Positions 24,641-37,545 of a stretch of 64,000 bases of DNA are shown here, in pieces. The notes under the pieces were generated by a model that saw nothing but the letters and a program-made list of their open reading frames with translations, was not told the DNA's origin and did not search any database. Each line of letters begins with the position of its first letter. Positions within the stretch are counted from its first letter, which is position 1. Made by a program: the position numbers and the translations under genes. Origin of the DNA: Carcharhinus amblyrhynchos (Eukaryota); NCBI GenBank assembly GCA_965287045.1, contig OZ336887.1:27838001-27902000 (forward strand), given 5' to 3'.

Positions 24641-24842
24641 TAGCTGGGACTTTCCACATCTCCCCTCCCTGCTGTTTTCCGTTTACACCTCAGCATTGTC
24701 CGCAAGTTGATTCTTCCAGTCCTGCTAAAGTCAATAGCTATTTGTTTAGTTAACCAGGTGCACCATTGGGGATCCTGCCATGGGAGTCAGTTCAGTACCA
24801 CTGGAAGATCTCATTGGTGGGAAGGAATGTAAAATCCCGTCC
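24641..24842. mobile_element. MITE-like element
   Basis: Ends ctgggactttccacat / atgtaaaatcccgtcc; interrupts older sequence. Confidence 0.5.
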
Positions 24843-27003
24843 TTTAACTCTGTTTCTCTCTCCACGGACACTGCCTGAGCTGCTGAGTTTATGCAGAGGT
24901 TTCTGTTTTTATATGAGAGAAATTGGATTTTTTTTATTCAGAGTGGTGAAGGTGGAAGGGTGATTTTACAGAGAGGTGTTAAAAATCTCGAAGGGCTTTG
25001 ATAGAGAACATAAGAATAAGCTTTCCAATAGCAGAAGATTCAGTAAGCAGAAGACACAAATTTAAGGTAATTGGCAAAAGAACTACGGGCAACATGAAGA
25101 AAAATCTAATTTACACAGTGAGTTGTTATGGTCTGAAACACACTGCCTGAAGAAATAGTGGAAGAAGATTCAATAATAAATTTCAAGAGAGATATTACAT
25201 AAATACTTGGAAAACAATGCAGAGTTGTGGGAGAAGAGCAGAGCATGGGATTACTTGGATAGCTCTTTCAAAGAGTTAGTGCAGGGCAATAGACCATGTA
25301 ACACGTTTCTGTGCTATATCATTCTATAATTCAGTTCACTACATGAAAATTAAATTTCGGTATAATCGAGTGCCATTAACTAGGCACATTCATTTGTTGT
25401 TCAAAAACTCCATCAAATAGTGTTCTGGATCTGGAGAGGGCCAAAGACTTCATTTCAGTCTGCAGAGTTTTTCCTCTAAAGCCTCATCTACAAAGCTTGG
25501 TGAATCCCGGGCACGCATTGTAACCAGGAGGTGCTGGTACTATTGTCATGTAGACTGGCAACACCAGTGGGAAAAAGCTGAAAGGACAGTGCTCTTAACA
25601 GACCGGCTTAACTCATGGAGCAAGTTGGGGAGAAATGCTTCAAGGGAAGTCATTCGTAGTTCTGCCTCCCTATTAATTTGGGTCTCAGTTTCGTTGTAGT
25701 GGCGTTAATGTACCCTGTATTGCACAAACCCCTTCACACCCAATGCACAAAAGTTACTTGTGACGATGCTAGCTCCAGTGACAAAGAGCCCCTGGTGTTG
25801 TTGATGGTGGGGAAAGTGCCCAGTTTGTTATCCATTTTCAATTCGGAACATTGGCCTGGAGAATTCAAATCTACACAACTTTACAACATGTGTCATTTGC
25901 TTCACTACACGTACACTCACGCAGGCACACGCACACACACGCTCATGCATATACACCCATAAAGACTGAAGCAGGAGCTTCCTATCACTTTAAGTGGAAA
26001 ATTAGCTTGAAAATTTGACATTAAATGTTGCCGTGGAACTTGGCAAGTCTCAATCATTGTAACATCGCTGAAGTAGAGAGTAAAATTGAAAATCATTGCG
26101 GTAATAGGTCTGGCATGTATTGTGCTGGCACAATAGCCTTGGTAATATGCATTCATCTATTTTGATAGCAGCAGTGGAGTATCCTTGTGTCAGATTTATG
26201 AACACATTAAGCACAGGACAGTAGTGAGTTGAGGAGAGTCGCGTCTAGAACTGGAGAGTTTTATGGGCTAGAGAAGCTAGAGCTCACATTTTCTGTGTTA
26301 TGGAAAATGAGAGCAAAGCTGATTGTAATTGGGTTGATGTCAGTAGTAATAGAATGTCGAGAAACAGAGACCATCCGGCTGACAGCTACAAGATTGCACA
26401 CGCTTGCCAATACCATCATAAGCCCCAGGAGTTGTCATTTTTTTTTCAGAAACCAGTCTTGCTCATATATTGCAGTACTTTGGCTTAATAAGTCTACAAT
26501 GTACAGCGTTTAATGCAACTTGTGCATAGTAACAGCAGTGAATGCTTCGACTGAAGGCAACACAGGCCAAAGAGAAGGTTAAGCTAGATCTAAGGAACCC
26601 ACAAAGCAAACTCAGCACGATATGGGAACTTTAGGTGGGGCAGTATTTTGACTTACTATATTTAATTATCAAAGTAACAGGAAAGTTAGTCAACAACATT
26701 TCTCCAGTTGCTTCGGAGATGACGAATGACTGGGGGGAAGCAGTGATGGAGAAGGGGACTGACAAATAAAGCTTTGCTGTAATCTAACACGTCTTCAGCC
26801 TGTTAATTTTCCTCCTGAATATTGAAATTATTGAAACTTGACTCGCATAAAAAGCAAGGGGGACAATAAAACTGTGAATCGAAGAATCTTCTTCCTTTTG
26901 ATAGGTTAGCAGTGGTCAGGACTACTGCCTGCATAGCTGAGTCTCCTGAGAATCCAAGCAAGTGTTTTGACTGGCATTTGTTCCTTACCATTGCTTATTG
27001 GTT

Positions 27004-27020
27004 TACCACTAGAGGGAGAG
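27004..27020 (+). promoter_or_regulatory. Candidate CTCF-binding motif
   Basis: CCACTAGAGGGAG matches the CTCF core CCASYAGRKGGCR with one change; lies in repeat-free sequence; motif evidence only. Confidence 0.4.
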
Positions 27021-28179
27021 AGGAAAATTGACTGATGCTGCAGCATTTTATATGATTAAAGGGACACTCACATTTCGTCAGAGAGAAGCTGAACATTGAT
27101 TGAGGAAAGAATGAGCAGTGAGGAGCGGGTGCCAACGTTTTAATGGCCTGCCAATTTTAGACGTGCTTTTTTGATGGTTGCTTTCGAGCAGAAATTGGTT
27201 TCAGATGAGGTGTTCTGAAGGCTTGGGAGGTGGGGCAGATTTCAAATGAGTATATACACACACGTTGGAAGGAGGTAGAGGTAGTGAGTGGAAATCTTTG
27301 GAAACAATAAAGCACCACATGCAATGATTAGCCTCTGTGGGGACTCCAATTGCACCTCTTGACGTTCTCAGTTTCAAAAAAAGTGACAAACCTTCAGGAA
27401 GTTTGCAAATAAGAACCAATCCAATGATGGCAAAGTTCTTGAAGCAGTGATGTAGAAAATTAAAAATGGCCTCTTTGATGTGGTACCTAGTTGCGGGATA
27501 CTATTGTACTGCTCATATCATACCTACAGGGTAATGACGTTCTCACAGATGAAGTCTGGGATAGATGTTTGATAAAATGGCCTTGGAACAATGGCCATGT
27601 CTATCCAGCATATTTACATACAATCCGGATAGGCTACAAGTCAGCAGGACTGCAGTAGGTTTGCCGGAGGAGGATATTGATACAACTTTTTTGACCCTGC
27701 ATTGTAATGGTAGACTATACTGTCCCATTTGACTGATCTTAACACTTAAACTTAGCCTAAAGCAAAGTGACTAAGTAAAAGGAAGATCCAACATTTGGAA
27801 TTACTTCACAACCCTTCAGCGCCTTCCTCCAAATGCCAATGTTTTAGAATTGGTGCAGTTATTTAGGTTTGCTGAATTTGATCATTTGTGGTGATGTTCT
27901 GGTATCCATATCAAGAACAAAAAAAAATCACCATTTCTGTGACTTACATGTAGTCTGAGTTTACTTACAATATGGCAGATCAAAGGAATGTGTTCATTGT
28001 CTTTTTACATTTGGACAGTGAGATACCAAGAACATAATGCACACAGGAACTCGCCAGGAATCTAACTGGGGAGTGAAATATTGGTCTATTCTCCCCCCAC
28101 CCAAGTCTGTTCTATTCTTTGTGGTATCTTGCATTGTAGGCCGAGGCCCTGTGGCCTCGATTTCTGAGAACATTCCCAT

Positions 28180-28340
28180 GTTGGTGGCAATCCTCCGGTC
28201 TTGCCCTACTGCCAGCAAAAACGGAAAATTTGGTGCTCAGTCAAAGCTCCATTCCCTGCAGCAGGACTGAAGAATCCCAACCAGGGATTCCGGCCGTTGT
28301 CTCCAGCCAATTTAGTCAGAAGAACCTCGAACATGCGTAA
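28180..28340 (-). mobile_element. MITE (family of 9470/18124/61519), reverse orientation
   Basis: cggaaaatttggtgctcagtcaaagctccattccctgcagcaggac is the reverse complement of the family core. Confidence 0.65.
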
Positions 28341-28506
28341 AATTCAGGGGCCCATCTCTAGTTTCCAGATTAGAAAGCTAAATGTAATGATTATCATAAA
28401 GTCTATTCATTGAAAGAATTGCTGCGTTTATTATTTGTCTCTTGAGTAATTCCAATGCTGGTGCTATCCATTCCCAATATAGCAATATATCCCACTCTAA
28501 AGCACT

Positions 28507-28706
28507 GGGGGGAATTTAACCCCCCCACCCCGACAGCGGAATCGTCCAGTCCTGCTGAAGGCAACCCCTTTGCAGAATTCGCGGCAGTGGGATGGTCAAG
28601 CAAAGTGCAGTTGATAGAGGCGGGGCTGGAAGATCCTGCTGGAAGTTAATGGAAAGTCGCCTCTGCCATTGGAAAACAAATCTGCGGGAGGGCAGAAAAT
28701 CCTGTC
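28507..28706. mobile_element. MITE-like element
   Basis: Ends ggggggaatttaaccccccc / gggagggcagaaaatcctgtc; internal similarity to 5846-6061. Confidence 0.5.
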
Positions 28707-29652
28707 AGTGATAAAGGAAAGAAACTGCAAAGAACTTGGGTGGAGTCATGTAGCTAAATCTTTGATTTTAGGAAAAATTATCTTTCACTGAACACCATGT
28801 GAGATCATTACCGAGAGTGACATTTATCCATGAAAACCTTTTGACATTTAAAGATAAGTGGATTTCCAACACAGGTCCATGTTAAATCCATTCACTGATG
28901 CTGATAAAAAGACTATTGCTGTTATGGAGACTTAAACGTGAAGCTTCAGATTGGTGCCACTTGCACATGATTACAAATTCTACTCATACCACATTCCTGT
29001 ATGTGCCATTACACAGGCATTAACCCATGCATTTCTTTCTGGGAAGGGATTACTAATCTGCAGTGGTTTCTACTATAATCTCACCACATCGGAATACCCC
29101 AATGAGCATACTGTTTTATCTGTCATCATTCAGCTTCCCTTATTCTGACAGTAAGGAACATTAGATCTTTTTTAGCCTACAGTTGGGCATTAATCTTTGT
29201 AAATCAGTAGCTATTTCCTTGTTTTCTGAAGTTTACCATGTTGCTTTGTTATTCAGTGTGCAGAGAATGGTTGGAAGGAAGACACTTATCATCAGAAGAT
29301 TTTGACCTGATTATATTACTCTCAGATTAGTCAGATGGTCTACTTCACATACAGAACATATTTTTATTTACTTTGTATTCTTGTACGTTTATTGATTTAA
29401 CAGAAAGCTGTTTTGTCATATATGCATACACTTTAGAAAGAACATGGAGCCCTCTTCAATCTTCACCATTGTCAAACTCACAAAGCCAAGATGTGTGGCA
29501 TTTAAAGCCAATTCTGATTATAATAACAGCAAGCTGTTTTTTAGTATAGAGAGTACAAGAATTTTCCAATTCTCCTCCTGCACCTACTGGTGCATGAGGG
29601 CAGACTTTCATCTGCTGCCAAAGCTAACTATCCTCAAAACAGGTTATTAGTC

Positions 29653-29889
29653 TGTCACCAGGGGCTTTTTGCTTGTTGGGCACCATTCCACATCAGGAGC
29701 GGTTGACCAGGAGTCTCTCCGACTCCTACCACCAGCCATTGGCATGTTTGGCAGGATTTGCAAGTTGACACTCAACCTATTTGGCTGCGTTCTGAACGCG
29801 TCTTCCTTGACCATCAAGTCCTGGCGTGGGACTCGAATATAGAGCTTCTGGCTCAAAGACAGAACACTACCCACTGCGCAACAAGACCC
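29653..29889 (-). mobile_element. tRNA-derived SINE (further family)
   Basis: Minus-strand head ggtcttgttgcgcagtgggtagtg...ttcgagtcccacgccagga with A/B boxes; related copy at 40240-40473. Confidence 0.7.
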
Positions 29890-29892
29890 ACT

Positions 29893-29970
29893 TGATTTGA
29901 TTTGATTTATTATTGTCACATGTATCAGTATACAGTAAAAAGTATTGTTTCTTCCGCAATATACAGACAA
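29893..29970 (-). mobile_element. Rex1/Babar-type LINE extreme 3' tail
   Basis: ttgatttgatttgatttattattgtcacatgtatcagtatacag, same as the other copies. Confidence 0.75.
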
Positions 29971-30213
29971 AGAGATCTGACGTAACTGCTAAAGATTAGG
30001 GAAATTATGTTGCAAAGAGAATCCAGCATGGTTCATTTTCTTGACTTTTGCCCACAGGGAGGGCCTATTTCCCTGCATGTAAAAATAATGAGTATAAGTC
30101 AGAGATTTCTGTACCTTGTCTGTTGCTCCTGGATTTCCAGTGGGGTGCAGAGAGGAATGGGATGGGGTGAAGGAACTGCATTGGAGTAGAATAGGAACAG
30201 GTTAGGGTACAGG

Positions 30214-31449
30214 GATTTGATCTGATTTATTATTGTCACATGTATTAACTTACAGTGAAAAGAATTGTTTCTTGCGCACTATACAGAAAAAGCATACCGT
30301 TCATAGAGAAGGAAAGGAGAGGGTGCAGGATGTAGTATTACAGTCATAGCTCAGGTGTAGAAAAAGACCAACTTACTGTGAGGTAGGTCCAATCAAAAAT
30401 CTGATGGCAGCAGGGAAGAAGATGTTCTTGAGTCAGTTGGAATGTGTCTTTTTCCCAACAGAAGGTGGAAGAGTCCAGGGTAAGTAAGGTCCTTGATTAT
30501 GCTGGTTGCTTTTCCGAGGCAGCAGGAAGTGCAGACATGCCAGTGGGTGGGAGACTGGTTTGCATGATGGACTGGGCTTCGTTCATGACCCTTTGTAGTT
30601 TCTTGCAGTCTTGAGAGAGCAGGAGCCATACCAAGCTGTGATACAACTAGAAAAAATGCTTTCTGTGGCACATCTGTAAAAGGTGGTGAGAGTCGTAGTG
30701 GACATGCCAAATTTCCTTAGTCTCCTGAGAAAGTAGAGGCATTGGTGGGCTTTCTTAATAATAGCGTCGGCATGGGGGGACTAGGAGAGGTTGTTGGTGA
30801 TCTGGACCATTTCCACTTCATCCTCATTGATGTAGACAGGGGAATGTTCTCCACTATACTTCCTGAAGTTGAAGACTGTCTCCTTCATTTTGTTGACATT
30901 GAGAGAGAGATTATTGTTGCTGCACCAGTTCACCAGTTATCTCATTCCTGTACTCCATCTCATTGTTTGAGATCCGACCCACTATGATAGTGTCATCAGC
31001 AAACTTGAAATTGAGTTGGCGGGGAATAGATGTATAAAGAGTATATTCAGGGGCTGAAGACACAGCCTTGTGGGGCACCGGTGTTGAGGATGATCATGGA
31101 AGATGTGTTGTTGCCTATCCCTACTGATTGTGCTTTGTGGGTTAGGAAATCTATGATCCTGTTGCAGAGGGAGGAGCCCAGCCCCAGGGCACGGAGTTTG
31201 GAGATGAGTTTTGTGGGAATAATGGTGTTGAAGGCTGAGCTGTAATCAATTAATAGGAGTCTGACATAGGTATCTTTGTTATCTAGGTGTTCCAGAGTTG
31301 AGTGTAGGGTCAGGGAAATGGCATCTGCTGTGGACCTGTAGCAGTGATAAGTGAACTGTAGTGGATCCAGGAAATCTGGGAAGCTGAAATTGATTCGTGC
31401 CATGACTAACCTTTCCAAGCACTTCATAATGACGGATGTCAGAGCCACT
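30214..31449 (-). mobile_element. 5'-truncated Rex1/Babar-type LINE (RT to 3' tail), non-functional
   Basis: [14 protein letters not shown]...DPLQF...STADAI...[16 protein letters not shown]...[10 protein letters not shown], followed by FADD at about 30990-31003. Confidence 0.92.
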
Positions 31450-31598
31450 GAAACAGTGTGGGGTAGGATGGGAACAGGCTGAGGTTAGGGAAACTGGGTT
31501 GGGAGTCGGAACAGGTTGGGGTAGGGGAAACAGCATGGGATAAGGTTGGAACAGGTTTGGGTAAGGAGAACAGAGTGGGGTAGAGTCAGAACAGAGCA
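31450..31598. repeat. Degenerate purine-rich tandem repeat (gaacag...ggggtag), split by the Rex1/Babar insertion
   Basis: Recurring ggaacaggtt(g)gggta units; the same motif lies at 30160-30213 on the other side of the LINE. Confidence 0.6.
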
Positions 31599-34069
31599 GT
31601 CATTGAGTGTGCTCTTGGATCTAAGAGCTGTATGAATGGGACAAGAAGGGAGAGGGCTGGCTACTCACCTCATTTGTCTGGCATATTGTTTATTGGCACC
31701 CAAGATGTGAAACATGGTTTAATTACTGTGTTTTGACACAAGCAAGCTTTCTGACTGCCTATCCCCAGCAATAGATCGAAGGCCTAGATCCCAAAGGGCC
31801 AACATACGATGGTAGATGTATGGCCTCCTCAGACATGTTCAAATTTCCTTCCATTACTTTGGCACTGAGTCCTGCCAAAGGATAGGCTGCTGCTAGGGGT
31901 GGCCCCACACGTCAGAATGGCAAACATCAAAAACCTGTGATCTGCCCAATGCTGGGCTGCTGTGTATGGGCGGGCAAGTGTTTGTGTGTGGGGTTACAGA
32001 GGTGAACAGAAATCCACATTCATAGGAACAAAAATAGGAACACTCAGAACTGGATTTTCAATTCAGTTGAGTCCTTACCCTTAATGTTTACTTCACATCA
32101 ACTTTTGTTTTTAGGTTTAGGAATATTTCAGGGAACATGATTTAGCGAACAATTGGAAAAGTAAGCTACTTTTTACATTCGAATTCCAAATAGTTGAATT
32201 GCTTAGAAAATTACTGTAGTTACGATCATACACTATTTATTAAACTGATTCACCACAGAATGTGTGGGCGAAGTTAATGCTTTCCCCTGTAGCAAGTTTG
32301 GGAGCTGGGAGGCATTTAATCAGGTGGGAGAGTGGTCGATGGTGATGCTGCTGCCTCCACACCGATTACATCCATGGCAGGAAGCCCAAGGACAGCTCTG
32401 CTGCCCTGCTGCCAGTTGATCCCTTGACCACTTATGGCCCTCATGTCATCATCACTGATATGACCCTAGCAGTGGGCCAGGGTCTCTCTATGTGGGGAAC
32501 ATGACATGTTGTTTGCAGGCACCTGGGCAACCTTTATTCAAAGGCACCCATACCCATAGCCATAGCCTGACCCAGCATGTGAAGTTGGGGGGGTGGGGGT
32601 GCTGCCACTGGAAGCCTTCCATTCCCCTTGGAGACACCGCCCCCTCCTCAACCCTGAACTCCCACCCTATGACTCCCCTTCCTTCCATCACTCAGATTTA
32701 GCATGGGATCCAACAACGACACCCAGCTTCGGGTGAGTGTGTTCATGAAAGCGGCCCCCGTTTCTCTTGGTGGTGTTGCTTTTCAAGAAAGCTGCTTGTG
32801 ATCAGGGCTTCTGCCCCAGGGCTCCTTGATCCTTGGAAAGCCCAGGCTGTCCTGCCCATGCGAGGTGCTCAGTGTAGTGGGTCTTTCCAGAGGTTGGATC
32901 CTCATCATCTCATTAAGTACTACGCCATATATTTAAATAGTTATCAGAAATATGGCATATTACAAATCAAGCAACATTTGTGGTAATTTGCCTTCCCAAG
33001 TATGGTTGAAACCTCTTTGTAATTGGATTATTTCAAGAACATTTATGGCCTAATTGAATACTCTACATGTAGTGCACTATATTAAAAACACTGTTTTTGA
33101 TGAACGAGGTTAGAAACACATCATAAATTCTGTTCAACTACAAAATTCTTCATTCTCTTTTTTTCCCTCTACTAAAACCTTGCCAGCGTGTGTCATAAAA
33201 TTATTGGCAAAATATCCAGAGGGGAGTAAATATATTTACTTCAAGAATTGGTGGGATGTGGAATGCTGTGCCTACTATGGTGGTGGAAGTTGATTTCATA
33301 AATTATTTTTCCTGTGAGTTGGATAATGTAATGACTCAGGAAGCCCAACTGGAAAGGAACATAATTTATCAGAGGATGCAATGGAAAACCACTACCGTGA
33401 TGTACTGACACTAGTCCCTGCCTGGGATTACTGTTCAGCAGGCCCAGTCTTCAGCCTGCCTTAGAAAAAGCTCAAGCTGGGCAGGGAACTCACACTCAAG
33501 GAACCCCATAGGAAGATCAGTCAGTGATTCTCCATAGTCTTCATGGGAGTTATCAGAGGCAGGTACTTGAGGATGAGGGTTTTATAGGGTTACAGACTGG
33601 GATTTTTGAATCAGCTTGCTGGTGGTTATAAAGAGCCAGCACAGGTACAAAGGGCTGAGTGGCCTCCTCCTGTGATGTCAGTCCACATGGTTGTGTGCTG
33701 ATCATCTATACCTCAGTAAACCAATCAAGAGGGCTATGGCTGACAGAAGCCGAATCAGTCATGAGTCACAGCTGAATGTGAATCCACCCTCATTCTTATC
33801 TCGAAGAAGGGGATTACATGGGCCCACAGGTAGAATCCAAACTGGGCATGTACCCTGGATACTCACAGGAATGTTGTTTTAAAGTTTCACAGATTGGATT
33901 CCATGCTCAGTGCATCGATTGTTTGGTAATGTTTTTAATTATTTCATTGATTGTACGCGCAGCTGGCAGGGCTAGCATCATTGCTGATCCCTAATTGCCC
34001 TTGAGAAGGAAGGGGCGAATGGCCTTTTTGGACCACTGGAATCCATGTGGTGAGGTGCACCCACACTGC

Positions 34070-34794
34070 TGTGATTTTTAAAATGCAGAGCTGGCAAACG
34101 GAATTGTAGAGTTGGTGATGCATGCAATCCCATAGTAGCATTCCAGAGAGATCTGCAACACATTCCCAAAATATATATTACTGAAAACCTACCGAAAGAT
34201 GGACATAAATACAAAATGAGCCTTATAGGTCAATAAAGCTGACAGGTCTTAAGTACATCCCCGATCGTTGATGCACTCACTAGAATACCCAAACTTAGGG
34301 AGACATGGTGAAGATGTAGTCTTCTGCAAGTGCTAAGGATGTTGCTCAGCTTTTTATCAGTTCTGCAAGGTATGTGACAGAAGGGGCCATTGGCAATGAC
34401 AGTGCACTAGAGCAAAGGCTGATGCAGTTACAACAATCCATGCATTGATCTAAACAGACAATTCACAATGTGTACCTTCAAGTGAGAAGAGTGACCATCT
34501 GTTATCCCATCAGAAACATGTATATAAGGTGATTGACAAACCAGAAAATGATGATGATGATGTGCATGACAAGATGAAAAGCAATGAACACATGTTTCAC
34601 ACCATCAATCTATTTTGTTGTGGATACCACCACACCATCCAAAGTACTTTCCAAGACTTAAATCCTAATAAAGTTTGTAAATGTTCATATTGGTCAAGAC
34701 TGGTGCAGGGACACATGTCAACATGCTACCTCTGTGAATTCTAAAATACATCAGCGGTGAGACGACCAAACATAAGAGGTACAAGATGATCAGT
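34070..34794 (+). mobile_element. Ty3/Gypsy LTR retrotransposon remnant, gag-protease part
   Basis: CDF*NAELANGIVELV, zinc knuckle CKVCDRRGHWQ*QC (about 34364-34405), protease-like VKTGAG..VNMLPL. Confidence 0.7.
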
Positions 34795-36867
34795 ATTCCG
34801 ATGGTAAAGAAGGAATGTAGAAGGGATAACCAGCCGTGGTTACCTAAGGAAATAAAGGAGAGTATTAAATTAAAAGCTGATGCGTTCAGAGTGGCTAAAA
34901 GTAGTGGGCTATTAGAAGATTGGGAAAAATTTAAAAATCAACAAAGAATGACTAAGAAGGTGATAAAGAAAGGAAAGATAGACTATGAAGCTAAACTAGC
35001 ACTAAATATAAAAAAGGACAATAAAAGTTTTTACGAATATATAAAGAAGAGAAGGCTGGCTAGAGTGAATGTTGGACCCTTAGAGGATGAGAGGGGGGAT
35101 TTAGTGGTGGGAGATGAGGAAATGGCTGAGGCTTTAAATAAGTTTTTTGCCTTGGTCTTCACAGAGGAGGACACAAATAGTTTGCCGGATTTTAAAGATA
35201 GAAGGATGGTAGGAGTTGAGGGCCTAAATGTGATTACTTTCACTAGAGAGGTAGTGCTTGATAGACTAATGGGACTGAAGATGGACAAGTCCCCAGGACC
35301 GGATGGAATGCATCCCAGGGTTCTGAAGGAAATGGCAGAGGTGATAGTGGATGCCTTAGTGATTATTTACCAAAATTCACTGGATTCCGGGGAAGTGCCA
35401 GAAGATTGGAAAATGGCTAATGTTACGTCGCTGTTTAAAAAAGGTAGCAGACAAAAGGCAGGGAATTATAGGCCAGTTAGTTTAACGACTGTAGTTGGAA
35501 AAATGCTAGAATTCATCATCAAAGAAGAAATAGCGAGGCACCTAGAAAAGAATGGTTTGATCGAGCAGGCGTAGCACGGATTCGTTAAGGGGAAGTCGTG
35601 TTTGACAAACTTATTGGATTTCTATGAGGATGTGACTAGTGTGGTAGACAGAGGGGAACCGATGGATGTGGTATTTTTAGATTTCCAAAAGGCGTTTGAT
35701 AAGGTGCCTCATAAAAGGTTGGTACAGAAGGTTAGGGTGCACAGAGTTGGGGTAAGGTGTTAGCGTGGATAGAGGATTGGCTGTCTAATAGGAAGCAGAG
35801 AGTTGGTATCAATGGGTGCTATTCTGGTTGGCGGTTGGTGACTAGTGGAGTGCCACAGGGATCGGTGCTGGGGCCTCAGCTATTTACCATTTATATAGAT
35901 GATCTGGAGGAAGGGGCTGAGTGTAGGGTGATGAAATTTGCTGATGACACGAAGATGAGTGGAAAAGCAAATTGCGTGGAGGGTGTGGAAAGTCTGCAGA
36001 GGGATCTGGATAGGCTGAGCGAGTGGGCAAGGACCTGACAGATGGAGTATAATGTTAGCAAGTGTGAGGTTATCCACTTTGGCAGAAATAATAGTAGGAG
36101 GGATTATTATTTAAAAGGCGAAAAGCTGCAGCATGCTATGGTGCAGAGGGACCGGGGGTCCTTGTGCATGAGTCGCAAAAATCCAGTCTGCAGGTGCAGC
36201 AGGTGATCAAGAAGGCAAATGGGATGCTGGCCTTTATAGCGAGGGGGATAGGATATAAAAGTAGGGAGGTTTTGCTGCAACTGTACAAGGTACTGATGAG
36301 GCCACAGCTGGAGTACTGTGTGCAGTTTTGGTCGCCGCACTTGCAGAAGGATATATTGGCCTTGGAGGAAGTGCAGAGAAAGTTTACTAGGCTGATACCG
36401 GAAATGAGGGGGTTGGACTATGAAGAGAGACTAAATGGACAGGGTCTGTACTCGTTGGAGTTTAGAAGGATGAGGGGGGATCTTGTAGAAACGTATAAGA
36501 TAATGAAAGGGCTGGATAGGGTAGAGGTAGAGAGATTCTTCCCACTTAGAAAGGATAGCAGGACTAGAGGGCACAGCCTCAAGATAAAGGGGGGGAGCAG
36601 TTTAGATCAGAGTTGAGGAGGAACTTCTTCACTCAAAGGGTGGTGAATCCCTGGAATTCTCTGCCCGTTGAAGTGGTGGAGGCTACCTTGCTAAATATAT
36701 TTAAGTCTCGGGTAGATAGGTTTTTGATAGACAGGGGAATTAAGGGTTATGGGGAGAAAGCGGGAAAGTGGAACTGATCCACTTCAGATCAGCCATGATC
36801 TTATTGAATGGCGGGGCAGGCTCGAAGGGCTAGATGGCCTACTCCTGCTCCTATTTCTTATGTTCTT
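34795..36867 (+). mobile_element. Young 5'-truncated CR1/HER1 LINE, non-functional
   Basis: RT motifs [46 protein letters not shown]; only a few stops and frameshifts; intact tail; 6-bp TSD atcagt at 34789-94 and 36868-73. Confidence 0.98.
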
Positions 36868-36873
36868 ATCAGT

Positions 36874-37452
36874 CTCTCCATGGTATTGATATGGTACGGA
36901 ATGGAAGGCCATGCAAAACTACTGCAATGAAGCTTTCAGTGTAGAACCCAGATCCAATCCTATAGTGCAAGTACAATAAATCCTCCTGGATGGAACAGAT
37001 CTTCTACATCATGGAAACTAAAGGCCCAGCGATTGCAGGCCTACCAGTGTGTCATCACCTGACACTAGTAATAATCCATGGAATCAGTCTGGCACAACAC
37101 AGATATCAACCTCAGACATTGCTCCTATCACCTCATTTCACGTTCTAACATCGAATTATCCAGAATGTTTCAACAAAATTGGCAATTCCAGGGAACTGCA
37201 ACAGTACACCACAGGAGAATGCAAGTCCATGAATTGATCTGCCATGTAAACACAGCATCCACATGCAAGACAAATTGAAGATCAAACTAAACACAATGGA
37301 GAAAGATAGAATTATTACCAGAGCATAAGAGTACAGATTAGTTCAGCACAATCATGTGCCATAAAGAAGGACCATTGAGAGTGTGCCTTGATCCATAACA
37401 CTTAAACACAGCTTTGAAACATTGTCCTTACAAAATACCCACATTAGAAGAG
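36874..37452 (+). mobile_element. Ty3/Gypsy remnant, protease to RT start (continuation of 34070-34794)
   Basis: QIFYIMETKGPAIAGLPVC, YPECFNKIGN, IHMQDKLKIKLNTMEKDRII and LRVCLDP*HLNTALKHCPYKIPTLEE (Gypsy RT signature). Confidence 0.85.
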
Positions 37453-37454
37453 TA

Positions 37455-37545
37455 CATTGGTAAGATGCTCTTTCGGAGAGTCGGTGCAGACTCGATGGGA
37501 TGAATGTTTCCTTTTGCATTGTAGGGATTCAAGGAATTCTATGGT
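37455..37545 (+). mobile_element. HE1-type SINE 3' fragment
   Basis: gtcggtgcagactcgatggg...tgtagggattc tail. Confidence 0.65.

Larger units (their letters stand above)
23159..25330 (+). mobile_element. Old CR1 LINE, RT and 3' part, with several nested insertions
   Basis: SQHGFVKGKLCLTKLIEFFDKVT and QWMKLN-like segments; tail ttctgtgctatatcattctataattc; probably continues 19530-20495. Confidence 0.8.
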
